From Planctomycetota bacterium (GTDB lineage Bacteria > Planctomycetota > E44-bin39): a stretch of DNA of 64,000 bases. Below, piece after piece: positions 46,587 through 57,203 of the stretch. The notes beneath the pieces are model-generated. The model was not told the DNA's origin. It searched no databases and saw only the letters and a list, made by a program, of their open reading frames with translations. The position numbers were made by a program, and so were the translations under genes. Every line of letters starts with the position of its first letter. Positions within the stretch are counted from its first letter, which is position 1. The stretch lies in assembly GCA_004376375.1 (NCBI GenBank), contig SOJX01000096.1, forward strand, positions 20,557 through 84,556. Direction: 5' to 3'.

Positions 46587-48043
46587 GCCCCACCCCCGGT
46601 CATGAGCGAGGCAAGCGACTGCCGCGGAATTTCTCCGCGTGCAAACGTGCCGCGGCTCTCGCCCCGGTAGAGCACGGTTATCGTATCGGAAAGCTCGAGC
46701 AGCTCCTCGAGGTCGTAGCTTATGAGCAGCACGGCCCCGCTTATTGCGCGGATACGCGAATGCAGATACGCGCGGCTTGCGAAATCTATTCCCCGCGTCG
46801 GGTTGAAGAGGCACGTGACAGGCGTTCCATGCTTGGCAAGCTCGCGGCCGACAAGGAACTTCTGCGCGTTTCCGCCCGAAAGCGAGCCGTAAAGCGTTTC
46901 CGGTCCCGCGTTCTTGACGTCAAGGTCGCCGATAACCTTTTTCGCCACAAGCGCCGCCCCGGCCCGGTTGAGGATAAAACCCGAGCGGATGTCACCATGC
47001 GCAAGCTCGACGTTTTCCGAAAGAGTAAAGTCCGGTATCCCGCCCTGGCGGAAGCGGTCGCCCGGCACTCTCGCAATCTCTCCGGGCTTGACCATGACCC
47101 TGCCGCGCGAAGGAGAAATCACGCCGGCAAGCAGATCGAATATTTCGTCCTGCCCGTTCCCGGCCACGCCGGCGACGCCGTGGATGGCGCCGGGAAAAAC
47201 CTCCAGTGTAAAATCCTTCAGCCGCGCCACGCGCTCGCCCCGCCGGATAACCGTCGCGTTCTCCAGCAGGGGTATCGGCATCTCTTCCTCAAACAGCCCG
47301 GCTTTGAGGCGCGGCTCCGCCTCAACCTCGCCGACCATCATAACGGCGATTTCATCCGGCGTTGTTTCTGAAACCTTCCGCTGGCCAACCTTACAGCCGG
47401 CACGCAGCACGACAATACGCTCGGCGATTTTGAAGACCTCTTCCAGCCGGTGAGTTACAAAAACGATTGCAGCCCCCCTCGAGGCTTCCTCGCGCAGGAC
47501 GGTAAAAAGCTCCTCAGTTTCCTGCGGGAGAAGAAGGGCCGTCGGCTCGTCGAGCAGGAGTATTTTTACGCCGCGATAAAGGAGGCGGGCGATCTCGACT
47601 TTCTGCCTTTCCGGCAGAGTCAGAGAGGCAAGCAGCTCATCAGGTCCGCGATCCAGGCGAAGCCGGTCGAAAAGCTGACTGACTTTCTCACTCAACTTAT
47701 CGCGGCTGATAATACCGCACCTGGAAGGCGGTACGCCGAGGGCAACGTTTTCCGCGCAGCTCAAATCGTCGACGAGGCGGGTATGCTGGTAGACGAGCCC
47801 GACTCCGCGCGACAGCGCGTCAAGCGGACGGCTCAGCGCGAGGGTTTCTCCACCCGCATTTATTTCACCGGAATCGGGCCGGACCGCGCCCGCGGCGATG
47901 CCTACCAGGGTCGTCTTCCCTGCGCCGTTTTCGCCGACAAGCGCGGTTACGCTGCCGGCCGGTACGGAGAAATCAACATTATCAAGCGCGAGGATATTTC
48001 CGAAACGTTTTGTGATACCGCGAAGCTCTAGTGCAGGCGGCAC
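46583..48043 (-). CDS. ABC transporter ATP-binding protein with duplicated ATPase domains
   Basis: Two Walker A boxes (GENGAGKTT ... GVAGNGQ) and two LSGG signature boxes. 486 aa. Confidence 0.85.
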   Translation of the reverse strand: MPPALELRGITKRFGNILALDNVDFSVPAGSVTALVGENGAGKTTLVGIAAGAVRPDSGEINAGGETLALSRPLDALSRGVGLVYQHTRLVDDLSCAENVALGVPPSRCGIISRDKLSEKVSQLFDRLRLDRGPDELLASLTLPERQKVEIARLLYRGVKILLLDEPTALLLPQETEELFTVLREEASRGAAIVFVTHRLEEVFKIAERIVVLRAGCKVGQRKVSETTPDEIAVMMVGEVEAEPRLKAGLFEEEMPIPLLENATVIRRGERVARLKDFTLEVFPGAIHGVAGVAGNGQDEIFDLLAGVISPSRGRVMVKPGEIARVPGDRFRQGGIPDFTLSENVELAHGDIRSGFILNRAGAALVAKKVIGDLDVKNAGPETLYGSLSGGNAQKFLVGRELAKHGTPVTCLFNPTRGIDFASRAYLHSRIRAISGAVLLISYDLEELLELSDTITVLYRGESRGTFARGEIPRQSLASLMTGGGA

Positions 48044-48046
48044 AAC

Positions 48047-49024
48047 CTACTCCGGTGTGGCAAGTGGTTTAATCTTGCCGGAAATAATATCGGCGATGGT
48101 CTGTTTCAGTTTCTTTCTGATTTCCGGCGTCACCGTTTTTAAGGAATGTTTGAAATCGGTGAGCTCGAGGCCCTTTTCCCTCAACCCGTAGGAGCGGTGG
48201 CCCGGCTTGAAATCTTTCCCGATCGCCTCTCCGATAAGCTCTTCAAGGACCCGGTCCATCCGCTTCATCGCAGAAGTGAGGACATAGCCGGGTGCTTTAT
48301 CGTCCTGATTATCGTCCGAGCCGATGACAAATTTTCTCGACTCCCTGGCGGCCTGTATGACTCCAAGGCCGGTTTTACCCGCGCCCTGGAAGATCACGTC
48401 GCAGCCTTCCGCGTACATCGTGTTCGCAATCGCCTTGCCCGTGGCGGGGTCGTCGAACGTTTTCGCGTACCTGGCGGCAACCTTCTTCGCGCCGCCGGCC
48501 CTCGCGCCGAGCCTGAACGCTTTCTCCCAGTTCACAAGGAGAGGAATTTTGGCGCCGCCGAGGAACCCGACCTGGCCCGTCTTTGTAATCCCGCCTGCAA
48601 GCACCCCCACCACGTAGGCTATTTCGTAGCCCCGGAAGTCGGCGGAAAGAATATTCTTACCCTCGGCCTTTATATCAGCGATAACAAACTTCACCTTCGG
48701 ATATTTCTTTGCAACCTTCTCAAGCGGGGCCTTGGCGTAGAAGCCGATGGTCACGACCACGTCAAACCCGGACTGGCAGAAGTTTTCCAGCCTGGGTTCG
48801 AACTCATCCGCGTTTTTCGGCTCGACCGTCTTGAGCTCGAAACCCAGCTTCTCCGCCGCCTGCTTCAGTCCGGCGTGGCCCATATCGTTGAACGACTGGT
48901 CGCCGAGGCCGGCGATCGAGGTGACGAACCCGACGCGGACTTTTTCCGCATCCTGCTTCTCACCGGTGCAGCCGGCGATGAAAACGGTAATTATCGATAA
49001 TAGCAGGAAAGTTGGGCGGTTCAT
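48047..49024 (-). CDS. BMP-family (PnrA/Med-like) substrate-binding lipoprotein of the ABC transporter
   Basis: Lipobox FIAGCTG. VGFVTSIAGLGDQSFND block typical of basic membrane protein/purine-nucleoside-binding proteins. Confidence 0.75.
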   Translation of the reverse strand: MNRPTFLLLSIITVFIAGCTGEKQDAEKVRVGFVTSIAGLGDQSFNDMGHAGLKQAAEKLGFELKTVEPKNADEFEPRLENFCQSGFDVVVTIGFYAKAPLEKVAKKYPKVKFVIADIKAEGKNILSADFRGYEIAYVVGVLAGGITKTGQVGFLGGAKIPLLVNWEKAFRLGARAGGAKKVAARYAKTFDDPATGKAIANTMYAEGCDVIFQGAGKTGLGVIQAARESRKFVIGSDDNQDDKAPGYVLTSAMKRMDRVLEELIGEAIGKDFKPGHRSYGLREKGLELTDFKHSLKTVTPEIRKKLKQTIADIISGKIKPLATPE

Positions 49025-49036
49025 TGGGGTCCCCCG

Positions 49037-49990
49037 TTATCGATTCTCGAACTTTGTGCCGGCGTGGAATTCCTCGAGGTATACCTCGGCGCCTCGCGCG
49101 GCCGTGGCGCCCTCCCCGACGGCAACTGCAATCTGCTTGAACAGGTTGGCGCGGATGTCGCCGCAGACGAAAAGTCCGCGCGTCTTTGTTTCCATCGACT
49201 TACCTGTACGGATAAAACCGAGCCTGTTCCTGGCCACCGGAACCTTGATGAAATCCGTCTTCGCGAGAAAACCGACGAAGATAAAGCAGCCTTCGACGTC
49301 CAGGCTTCCGGCTTCTTCCGTCTTGACATTCTTCAGCGCTACGGACTTCAACAGGTCCTCGCCGCAAAATTCCGTTACAACTGTATCCCAGTGTACTTTT
49401 ATTTTATCGTTTTTTGCAGCCCTCGCGGCAAGGCCCGGGTCCGCCCGGAGCTTGTCGCGCCTGTGGATAATGTGAACCGCATCGGCGAAACGCGTAAGAA
49501 ACAGGGCCTCCTCGACGGCGGAGTCGCCGCCCCCGACAACGGCAACCTGCCTGCCGCGGTAAAGCGGGCCGTCGCACGTCGCGCAGTACGAAATACCCTT
49601 GCCGGAGTACCTGTCGTGGCCGGGCACATTGTACTGCCTGCGCTCGACGCCGGTGGCGACAATCACCGATTTTGCATCGAGTTTTTCGGAATCAGTCTCG
49701 ACCATGAACTCGCACTCGTCCTGTTTTTCAATCGAACTCACGGCCGCGGTCTTTATCTCGGCGCCGAACCGCCTGGCCTGCTCCGCCATCGCGCTTGAAA
49801 GCTCCATTCCCGTTACAGGCTTTGGGAACCCCGGATAGTTCTCAATCTCGAAAGTCTCGTTCATCATACCGCCGGGAAGCCCTTTCTCGAGAACAACCGT
49901 CGTGAGCTCCGAGCGTGAGGCATATATGGCGGCCGTCAGGCCCGCAGGCCCGCCGCCGACGATTACGACATCGTAACAGGACGCGTCCAT
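49037..49990 (-). CDS. trxB: Thioredoxin-disulfide reductase
   Basis: VVIVGGGPAGLTAAIY FAD motif. CATCDG redox-active disulfide. Second GGGDSA NADPH motif. 317 aa. Confidence 0.85.
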   Translation of the reverse strand: MDASCYDVVIVGGGPAGLTAAIYASRSELTTVVLEKGLPGGMMNETFEIENYPGFPKPVTGMELSSAMAEQARRFGAEIKTAAVSSIEKQDECEFMVETDSEKLDAKSVIVATGVERRQYNVPGHDRYSGKGISYCATCDGPLYRGRQVAVVGGGDSAVEEALFLTRFADAVHIIHRRDKLRADPGLAARAAKNDKIKVHWDTVVTEFCGEDLLKSVALKNVKTEEAGSLDVEGCFIFVGFLAKTDFIKVPVARNRLGFIRTGKSMETKTRGLFVCGDIRANLFKQIAVAVGEGATAARGAEVYLEEFHAGTKFENR

Positions 49991-50159
49991 GCAACTCTCC
50001 TTGAACCCCGGCGTGAAACTCGATACACGCGTGAATTGTCAGGACATTATACGAACCGACGGCGGGACAGTCAACGGTTGGTACTTAAATAAAACGGGAC
50101 GCGGTTCTGGCCGCGTCCCGTTTCGTTTTACACTGCAAACTTCCAAACCATCCCGGCTT

Positions 50160-51746
50160 TTACCAACTACGGCCGCTGCCTCTGATGTTGGCGCGTGCGT
50201 AGCGGTAGTAAATCTCGAGCGTAAGGACGTTGACTGCGGTCGCGTAGGTACGCCCGCCTACGATGCACCATTCGCCAACCGGGTCCCAGCTGCCGTCCTG
50301 GCATATCCGTCCGGCGCGCTGGGTCTTCAGAAGCGATCTCTTCATCGCCTCGTTCCAGGTCTTCCATTTCGGGCCGCCGACTTGGAACATCGCGTAAGTA
50401 GCGTAGTACCAGTAGTAGAAGTTAACCTTGTCGTTCCTCGGCTTGTTCCAGTCCGGCAGGTTGGCCATGAGAATGCCCACGCCCTGCTGTATCTTCTTGT
50501 GCGTGCGCTTCTGGCCGCAGAAGATACGGCACAGCACTGCGACCGACGTCATCGTCGGCAGGCTCTTGAACGTGTCCGCCGCGCGGCCGGCAAGCTTGGC
50601 GCCGTTGTCGCCCGGGCGCATGTAACCGACCTTGCCGTCTGATACGCGGGTTACGCGGTCGAACCAGGCGATAGCGCCGTTGAAAGCGGTCTGCGGTATT
50701 ACCAGCTTGCCCATCTTGGCAGCCTTCAGTGCAAGCACCATCCACCCGGTAACGGATGTGTCGTTCTTGCCGTCGCGCGGCTCATACTTCCATCCATATC
50801 CCGGGTTCTGGGCCTGGACCATGTAGTCGACAGCCTTCTGGGCCGGACCCTTCAGGATGTTGTCGCGGGTGACCGCGAAGGCCTCGCACATGGCCATTGT
50901 GCCGAGCGCGTGGTTGTAGATCCAGCTCTCGCCCTCGGTGTGGCCGAAGCATCCAGAAGCCTGCTGAGCGCCCTTGAGGTATTTCAGTCCGCGGCGGACA
51001 GTTCTTTTGAACTTTCCCACGCGGTGCGTCTGCCCGTGGCCGAGGAATGCCAGAAGGGCAAGACCTGAAACACCCGCGTCAAACGTGGCGGCGGGCGGCT
51101 GGCCCTGGTTCATGTGAGAGCAGGGCGAGCCGGGGCCTTTGCAGTTCTTCTGATAGTCGTCCACGTCCCAGTTGCCTCTCGGCTTGTCCTGGTGGAAGTG
51201 GAGCCAGCGAAGGCCTGCAAGAACCGCCGACTCGGTACCGGGGCTGCCTCCCTCGTTAATGAGAGAGCCTTTGCCCCATCGTTGACCATAGGCACCGGCT
51301 GCACCGCCTCCGACGCCGTACGCGTCAACGACCGATGTAGAGTTCAGGTTCTTGTTGGAAAGGTTGTCGAAAGACGTTCCGCGGGGAATATCCTTCGTAA
51401 TCTCAACCTCTTCCTCGAGCATGATAATCGGTTTCTCGACGATCTTGTCTGCGAGAATTCTCGGCGTCTTGAAAATAGCACGCTCGAGTTCGGGGTCGTA
51501 TTCCTGCTCCTTGTGCTCGCGCTTGGCAAGGATCGTAATCTGATCCTGCTGTGTAATATAGGTTGTAATAATATAGGCCGCGATCAGAAGCATAATAGCG
51601 TGGAAACCGCCGGAGATGAGCAGGGGGGGAGCTTTGCGTACCCACCATGGCAGGTCGCTACCCCCTGCAAACTCCTCCTCCTCCTCCTCGTCAAACTCGT
51701 CGTCGTCTAACATCTCATCATCATCGTAGTATTCGTCCTCAGCCAT
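50160..51746 (-). CDS. Membrane-anchored protein with prenyltransferase/squalene-cyclase-type alpha-alpha toroid repeats and a highly acidic N-terminus
   Basis: MAEDEYYDDDEMLDDDEFDEEEEEE, then one transmembrane helix, then repeated GWxxxALKAA / YYATYAMFQ-type helical hairpin repeats. Confidence 0.5.
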   Translation of the reverse strand: MAEDEYYDDDEMLDDDEFDEEEEEEFAGGSDLPWWVRKAPPLLISGGFHAIMLLIAAYIITTYITQQDQITILAKREHKEQEYDPELERAIFKTPRILADKIVEKPIIMLEEEVEITKDIPRGTSFDNLSNKNLNSTSVVDAYGVGGGAAGAYGQRWGKGSLINEGGSPGTESAVLAGLRWLHFHQDKPRGNWDVDDYQKNCKGPGSPCSHMNQGQPPAATFDAGVSGLALLAFLGHGQTHRVGKFKRTVRRGLKYLKGAQQASGCFGHTEGESWIYNHALGTMAMCEAFAVTRDNILKGPAQKAVDYMVQAQNPGYGWKYEPRDGKNDTSVTGWMVLALKAAKMGKLVIPQTAFNGAIAWFDRVTRVSDGKVGYMRPGDNGAKLAGRAADTFKSLPTMTSVAVLCRIFCGQKRTHKKIQQGVGILMANLPDWNKPRNDKVNFYYWYYATYAMFQVGGPKWKTWNEAMKRSLLKTQRAGRICQDGSWDPVGEWCIVGGRTYATAVNVLTLEIYYRYARANIRGSGRSW

Positions 51747-52176
51747 ATCTACCCTCCTTATACGGGCCGAAGTTGGTTGCAGGATTTAAAGACCTTCTTT
51801 GATTCTGCTTCAAGTATACTCCGAATTGAGATTTTGTCAACAAAAAATTGAGGAATTTTTCTATTTATCCGATAATTGCCAATGCGGCAACTATAGTTGA
51901 CACCCAGATATGAGACAATTGAGGAGGTTTCTCTGTCTTGCAGTATTTCTTCGGCATAATATTCCAATTCCGCCTGCGGGGTGAATGCAAATACAACCCC
52001 GGGATACTCAAGAAGTTGCGGACATGAACCGGAGTGTTTTGGATTCCAGTTTATTGTGAAGAATATTCATACATTGCACTTCATAATGGAATCGAGAAGA
52101 ATTTCGGGAACATTCCGTGGTATTTCGAGTCAAATAATAATAGGATATATAATTATTTCTTCAAGGAGTCTCTGAA

Positions 52177-53493
52177 ATGATTCACCGGACAACCGGTATT
52201 TTCATTGCAGTTCTCGGCCTGCTTGTTGTCGTCATCCTCATCCTCATCAGATTTGACATCCATCTCGCCGCGAAGCGCGGGCCGAGATGGAAACGAAACC
52301 TGGTTACGGCCGGCATACTTGCCATGTCGCTCCTGGGGCTGACGATACCAAACGTTTCGTGCACCAACGGCAAGGACTCGACAACGGTGACGGGCCGGGA
52401 CGGAAAGAAAACCGGTGATGAAGGCAGGCCGGAAGAACAGAGCCACCTCGAAAGCGTGTGGAGCGAGGCAACTGAAATCGCAAGCGGCAAGCGCGGCGCC
52501 TACCCCTTCGATAAGAAAGGCAAGAAGAAGATACTCGCCGAGCTCGAGAAAGCAAAGACAGACATTGATACGCTGGAATCGAACGGCACGATATGCGGCG
52601 CGCTGGCGTCCATTCTCAGAAAAGACCTTGCAGTTTTCGTAGTGGGGGTAAATGAAAAGCAGCCGACCGAGTTGCGCCCCCTGATGTGTTATTCGCCGAA
52701 GATGTTCCTTCCCGCGAAGGCCAGCATGAAAAGGCTTACCGAGCGCATGCCGCTGCTGGAAAAGCTTCTTGCCAGAGAGAAAGTGAACAAGGCGCTTGTA
52801 TCAAAGGTGCTTGAGAATATTGAAAAAGAGATTTCCATACTCGAACAAGAGCATTACATCAGAATGCTTACGCCGGATGAAAAGACTGAAGCAGAAGAAC
52901 TGAAGAAAAAGGCTGCCAGTCAGATAGAAAAAATCCGGGCAAAGCTCGAAAGCAAAGAGGTAAGCCTCAAGGATTCCGGGGATATCAAAACAATCGAAGA
53001 GGCCCTGAATTTTGCCAAACCATTCGCGGACAGCGGTAAAAGCACAACCGCCCAGCGAAAGAGTATCTGTAAGAAGCTTGACGAGGCCGACAAGGCTGCA
53101 GGGCAACTTTCCAAGGCGGGATTGATAAGCATAGAGGAAGCGGAACTGATCCAGACCGAGACCGCGCGGGTGAGAAACCGGGTACTGCGAAATCCTCCCA
53201 CTGACAACCGGATAATGTGTTACGACATGATGTTTGTTTATCCTTCGCAAAAGAGCATGAACAGGATTTCAAAACGTCTGCCGCTTCTGAAACGGATCGT
53301 AAAAGACGGTAAAGTCGCGCCGGAAGTAATAAAAAAAGTCCTGCCCTCGATTGAAAAGGATATCGAAACACTATCTTCGGAAAAGGAGCTCAAACACCTT
53401 CAGGCCGATAAACAATCAGAAGCAACTTCGTTGCGTGATGACATGAAAAAAGTCGTTTCTGAAATAAAAAACATAATGAATAAGAAAAAATGA
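52177..53493 (+). CDS. Membrane-anchored coiled-coil protein with two internal ~95-aa repeats, each carrying a conserved M-C-Y motif
   Basis: Repeats ...LMCYSPKMFLPAKASMKRLTERMPLLEKLL... and ...IMCYDMMFVYPSQKSMNRISKRLPLLKRIV... The stop overlaps the start of the radical SAM gene (ATGA). Confidence 0.5.
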   Translation: MIHRTTGIFIAVLGLLVVVILILIRFDIHLAAKRGPRWKRNLVTAGILAMSLLGLTIPNVSCTNGKDSTTVTGRDGKKTGDEGRPEEQSHLESVWSEATEIASGKRGAYPFDKKGKKKILAELEKAKTDIDTLESNGTICGALASILRKDLAVFVVGVNEKQPTELRPLMCYSPKMFLPAKASMKRLTERMPLLEKLLAREKVNKALVSKVLENIEKEISILEQEHYIRMLTPDEKTEAEELKKKAASQIEKIRAKLESKEVSLKDSGDIKTIEEALNFAKPFADSGKSTTAQRKSICKKLDEADKAAGQLSKAGLISIEEAELIQTETARVRNRVLRNPPTDNRIMCYDMMFVYPSQKSMNRISKRLPLLKRIVKDGKVAPEVIKKVLPSIEKDIETLSSEKELKHLQADKQSEATSLRDDMKKVVSEIKNIMNKKK

Positions 53494-54548
53494 CCGACCC
53501 GGAAACCATGACGGACTCCCGCAACCACGGCACGATGATCTTCGAAGTAACACAAAAGTGCAACCACGACTGCCTGCACTGCTACAACGTCTGGAAAAAT
53601 CCTGCGCCCTACCCAACGGGCGAACTGGGAACCGATGAAACACTGGCCATGCTGTCCAAACTGCTCGATGAAACCGGTGCGACCAGCGTTACCCTTACCG
53701 GCGGCGAGCCGCTGCTGCGGAAAGATATTTTCGACATCGTCGACTTTCTGGACGAAAAAAACGTCTCAGTCAACCTGATTACGAACGGAACGCTGCTCAA
53801 TGAGAAAACGATCGGGCGGTTTGGTTCGAAAATCGACGTGTACGAGCTTCCCCTCCTCTCGGTCGAGGCGGAAATCCACGACCGGATGAGCGGAAGCGCC
53901 GGCGCGTTCGACAAAGTCACGATGGCAATCGCCGACCTCAAGACGGCGGGCGCGAAAATCGTCACCGTGTTCGTCGCGACGAAACTGAACCTCGACACCT
54001 GGCCGGAAACGGCAGAGCTTGCGTTCGCGCTCGGCGTGGACGCGATAATGTTCAACAGGTTCAACCCCGGCGGTGAAGGCTTCAAGAATTTCGACATGCT
54101 TCAGGCAACACCAGAGCAGCTTTCAAGAGCGCTGGACCACGCCGACGGGTTTTCGAAAGAATACGAGATGCCGATAAGCTGCTCGATCGCCATGCCGCCT
54201 TGCCTTTTTGAAACGTCAAAATATGAAAATCTCACCTTCGGATTCTGCGCGGCCGGGACGGAGCGGGCATATTACACGCTCGACCCGCTCGGCAATTTGC
54301 GGCCGTGTAACCACTCGGCCACCATCCTCGGCAACATCCGCGAGACCGGGTTCTGGGAAATGGCGGACGGCGGGCTTATGAAGGACTTCACCGCCGCCTG
54401 CCCCGAGTTCTGCAGCGGCTGCAGGCTGGAGAGAGAATGCCTCGGCGGCTGCAAGGCAGCCGCGGAGGTTTGCATCGGTTCTCCCGCCGACCTCGACCCA
54501 TTCATCGCCGCATTCCGAAACGAAGCCAGGCCTCTGAAGACACCGTAA
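53490..54548 (+). CDS. Radical SAM enzyme with a C-terminal SPASM domain
   Basis: CNHDCLHCYN (CxxxCxxC) near the N-terminus. C-terminal Cys-rich region CAAG...C-x13-C...CPEFCSGCRLEREC typical of SPASM auxiliary clusters. 352 aa. Confidence 0.7.
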   Translation: MTDPETMTDSRNHGTMIFEVTQKCNHDCLHCYNVWKNPAPYPTGELGTDETLAMLSKLLDETGATSVTLTGGEPLLRKDIFDIVDFLDEKNVSVNLITNGTLLNEKTIGRFGSKIDVYELPLLSVEAEIHDRMSGSAGAFDKVTMAIADLKTAGAKIVTVFVATKLNLDTWPETAELAFALGVDAIMFNRFNPGGEGFKNFDMLQATPEQLSRALDHADGFSKEYEMPISCSIAMPPCLFETSKYENLTFGFCAAGTERAYYTLDPLGNLRPCNHSATILGNIRETGFWEMADGGLMKDFTAACPEFCSGCRLERECLGGCKAAAEVCIGSPADLDPFIAAFRNEARPLKTP

Positions 54549-54834
54549 AGGTAAAATTCCTTCCCAAGCTCTGGATTACCGAAACGCGACTTTTACCGAA
54601 ATACGACAATTTCATCGGCTGTAATATTCTGCATTTATATCAAACGGCTCAATTTTTTATAATAACCTCTTGCGCTGAGCGGGGAAATCTGGTAAATTGG
54701 AATATCTGTGTAACTCAGCCGGTCCACACAGCGTTTGTAAAATTTGCAGGTTGTCCGCTTTCATAATGCCCTTTTTAGTCGGCATTATGAACGCAGAAAC
54801 CGGGTGAACCGCAACCCCGATAAGGTGAGGTAAT

Positions 54835-55179
54835 ATGCTTACCATTGAAGTAAAAGCAGATATACTCGGCCTGCGGGTTATAAATGTCGGAGCCGCGTTC
54901 GACGAAGACTGCCTGACGCGCATGCACGATGAAATCAGCCGCGCGATAATCGAGGATCAACACACCATTATTTACGATTTCTCCGAGGTGAAGGAAATCA
55001 CCTCAGGCGAAGGCGCGATTTTCCTGGGATTGCTTGCCACCGTGCGCGACCACGGTATTTTCCAGGCTATTGCGAACCTGCAGATTCCGGTCCGAAGAAT
55101 TTTCAACCTCATCGGAATAACGCAGGTGGTTAAGACTTACGATTCGGTGGAAAGCGCAATAGGGGTCCTGGCTGCATAG
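54835..55179 (+). CDS. STAS-domain protein (anti-sigma-factor antagonist-like)
   Basis: 114 aa. SpoIIAA-like pattern (MLTIEVKADILGLRVINVGAAFDEDC...). Confidence 0.55.
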   Translation: MLTIEVKADILGLRVINVGAAFDEDCLTRMHDEISRAIIEDQHTIIYDFSEVKEITSGEGAIFLGLLATVRDHGIFQAIANLQIPVRRIFNLIGITQVVKTYDSVESAIGVLAA

Positions 55180-55258
55180 GACTCAGCCGTATAGATAAAG
55201 CTATATCCCTCCTCTTTAAGCCCGTAATCTTTACTGAGAAAAAGGAAATACGCAAACC

Positions 55259-56734
55259 ATGTGCGGCGTTCTTGGAATTCTGACCGGCGGACACGCAGCC
55301 GCCGAGATTTACGAGGGGCTCACCGCCATCCAGCACCGCGGCCAGGACGCCGCGGGCATCGTCACATGGGACGGCGCCTTCCACCTGAAAAAAGGGAACG
55401 GCCTCGTCCACGACGCCGTATCGGAAAAAAACATAAAGCGTCTCAAAGGGCATATCGGCATCGGCCACGTCCGCTATCCCACCGTCGGCGGCGGCGGCGC
55501 GGAAGACGCCCAGCCCTTTTTCCTCAGCTACCCGCTCGGCCTCGCGATGGTATACAACGGGAACCTTACGAACTACCACGAGCTGAAGCGCGAGCTCGAG
55601 ACGAAAAAGTTCCGCTACATCAACACCACCTGCGACGTCGAGGTACTCCTCAGCGTTTTCGCGGAAGACCTGCTCAAGCACGGGCCGACCCGCACCGAGC
55701 CGGACGTTTACTTCGACGCGCTGCGCGACACGTACGCAAAAATAAAGGGCGCGTACTCCACCGTCGCCCTTATAGCGGGCCGCGGCATGCTGGCCTTCCG
55801 GGACCCGTACGGCATCAAGCCCCTTATCATGGGGGAGCGGATACTGAACGGGGAAAAAGACTACGCAATCGCCTCCGAATCGGTCGCGCTCGCCATCCTG
55901 GGCTTTTCAAACCACCGCGATATCGGCAACGGGGAAGCGATTTTCATCGACCTCGACGGCAAGGTTACAAGCAGGATAATCGAGCGTAAAAAGCACACGC
56001 CCTGCATCTTCGAGTACGTCTACTTCGCCCGCCCCGACTCGTTTATCGACAGGATTTCCGTGTACCGCACCCGCCGCCGCTTCGGAAAAGAGCTGGCGAA
56101 ACTCTGGCGGGAAAAAAAGCTGAAAGCCGATGCCGTCATCCCCGTGCCCGATTCCGCACAGGGCGCTACACTCGCCCTTTCCGACGAGACCGGCATCAAG
56201 TACCGCGAGGGGCTGGTAAAGAACCGCTATATCGGGCGCACGTTCATAATGCCCGCCCAAAAGAAGCGGCGCCAGTCGATCAGGCGCAAGCTCAATACAA
56301 TCAACACCGAATTCGGGAAAAAGAACGTGCTTCTGATCGACGACTCCATCGTGCGCGGCAGCACCTCGGCGCAGATAATCAACCTCGCCCGTCAGGCGGG
56401 GGCGAAAAAGGTCTATTTCGGCTCCTACTCGGCGCCGCTGCGACACCCGTGCTATTACGGCATCGACATGCAGACGCGAAGCGAGTTTGTCGCCCGTGAC
56501 CGCGACGTCGACGAAATCGCAAAGAAAATCGGCGCCGACGCGCTGGTTTACAACACGGTTGAAGGAATGGTCAGCGCCGCCCATAAGGGAAACAGGAAAA
56601 TCACCGAATTCTGCACCGCCTGCTTCACCGGCTGTTACCCCGCCGGAGACATCCCCGAAGAAACCAGAGAAGCAATCGCCCGCGACCGCATACGCGCCGA
56701 CCGCGACAGAGATTCCGTAAATACGGAAGAATAA
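55259..56734 (+). CDS. purF: Amidophosphoribosyltransferase
   Basis: MCGVLGI N-terminal nucleophile Cys. QHRGQDAAGI block. C-terminal PRTase motif (VLLIDDSIVRGSTS). Confidence 0.9.
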   Translation: MCGVLGILTGGHAAAEIYEGLTAIQHRGQDAAGIVTWDGAFHLKKGNGLVHDAVSEKNIKRLKGHIGIGHVRYPTVGGGGAEDAQPFFLSYPLGLAMVYNGNLTNYHELKRELETKKFRYINTTCDVEVLLSVFAEDLLKHGPTRTEPDVYFDALRDTYAKIKGAYSTVALIAGRGMLAFRDPYGIKPLIMGERILNGEKDYAIASESVALAILGFSNHRDIGNGEAIFIDLDGKVTSRIIERKKHTPCIFEYVYFARPDSFIDRISVYRTRRRFGKELAKLWREKKLKADAVIPVPDSAQGATLALSDETGIKYREGLVKNRYIGRTFIMPAQKKRRQSIRRKLNTINTEFGKKNVLLIDDSIVRGSTSAQIINLARQAGAKKVYFGSYSAPLRHPCYYGIDMQTRSEFVARDRDVDEIAKKIGADALVYNTVEGMVSAAHKGNRKITEFCTACFTGCYPAGDIPEETREAIARDRIRADRDRDSVNTEE

Positions 56735-57203
56735 AAATGCAAAGGCGGGTTTCAAACCCGCCCATAACGCGCAAAGCTGATTGTGGCGCTCGACGCCTGA
56801 CCCATTAATAAAAACAGGGCGCCCGCCTGACTTCTCCTAGGCGAAGTCGGCAGACGCCCTGCTATGGATTCCTCAATTATAGTTACTTAACTATACTCCC
56901 TAAATTCGAAATTGTCAAGCTTAATTTCGACTTTCCGGTCATCGTAACCTATTCACCAAGGTAAAGTTACGCAAGAGCGCGTGAAACGCAACAAACCGGA
57001 CTACAAAACTTAGACTCGATTGTAATTCCCAGGAAAGCCGCTTTTGCGGTTTTACTAACGTGACCTGCCTCATGCGCTTCATTAATATACTTGCCCTTCT
57101 CCGGTTTTAGAAGTAAAAAACTGTTGTCGCTTCCGTATTATATATGTATAATCAAATCAAAGGCTGAGATAACAAACGCCCGAGGGGCACAAGGGGTGGC
57201 GAA

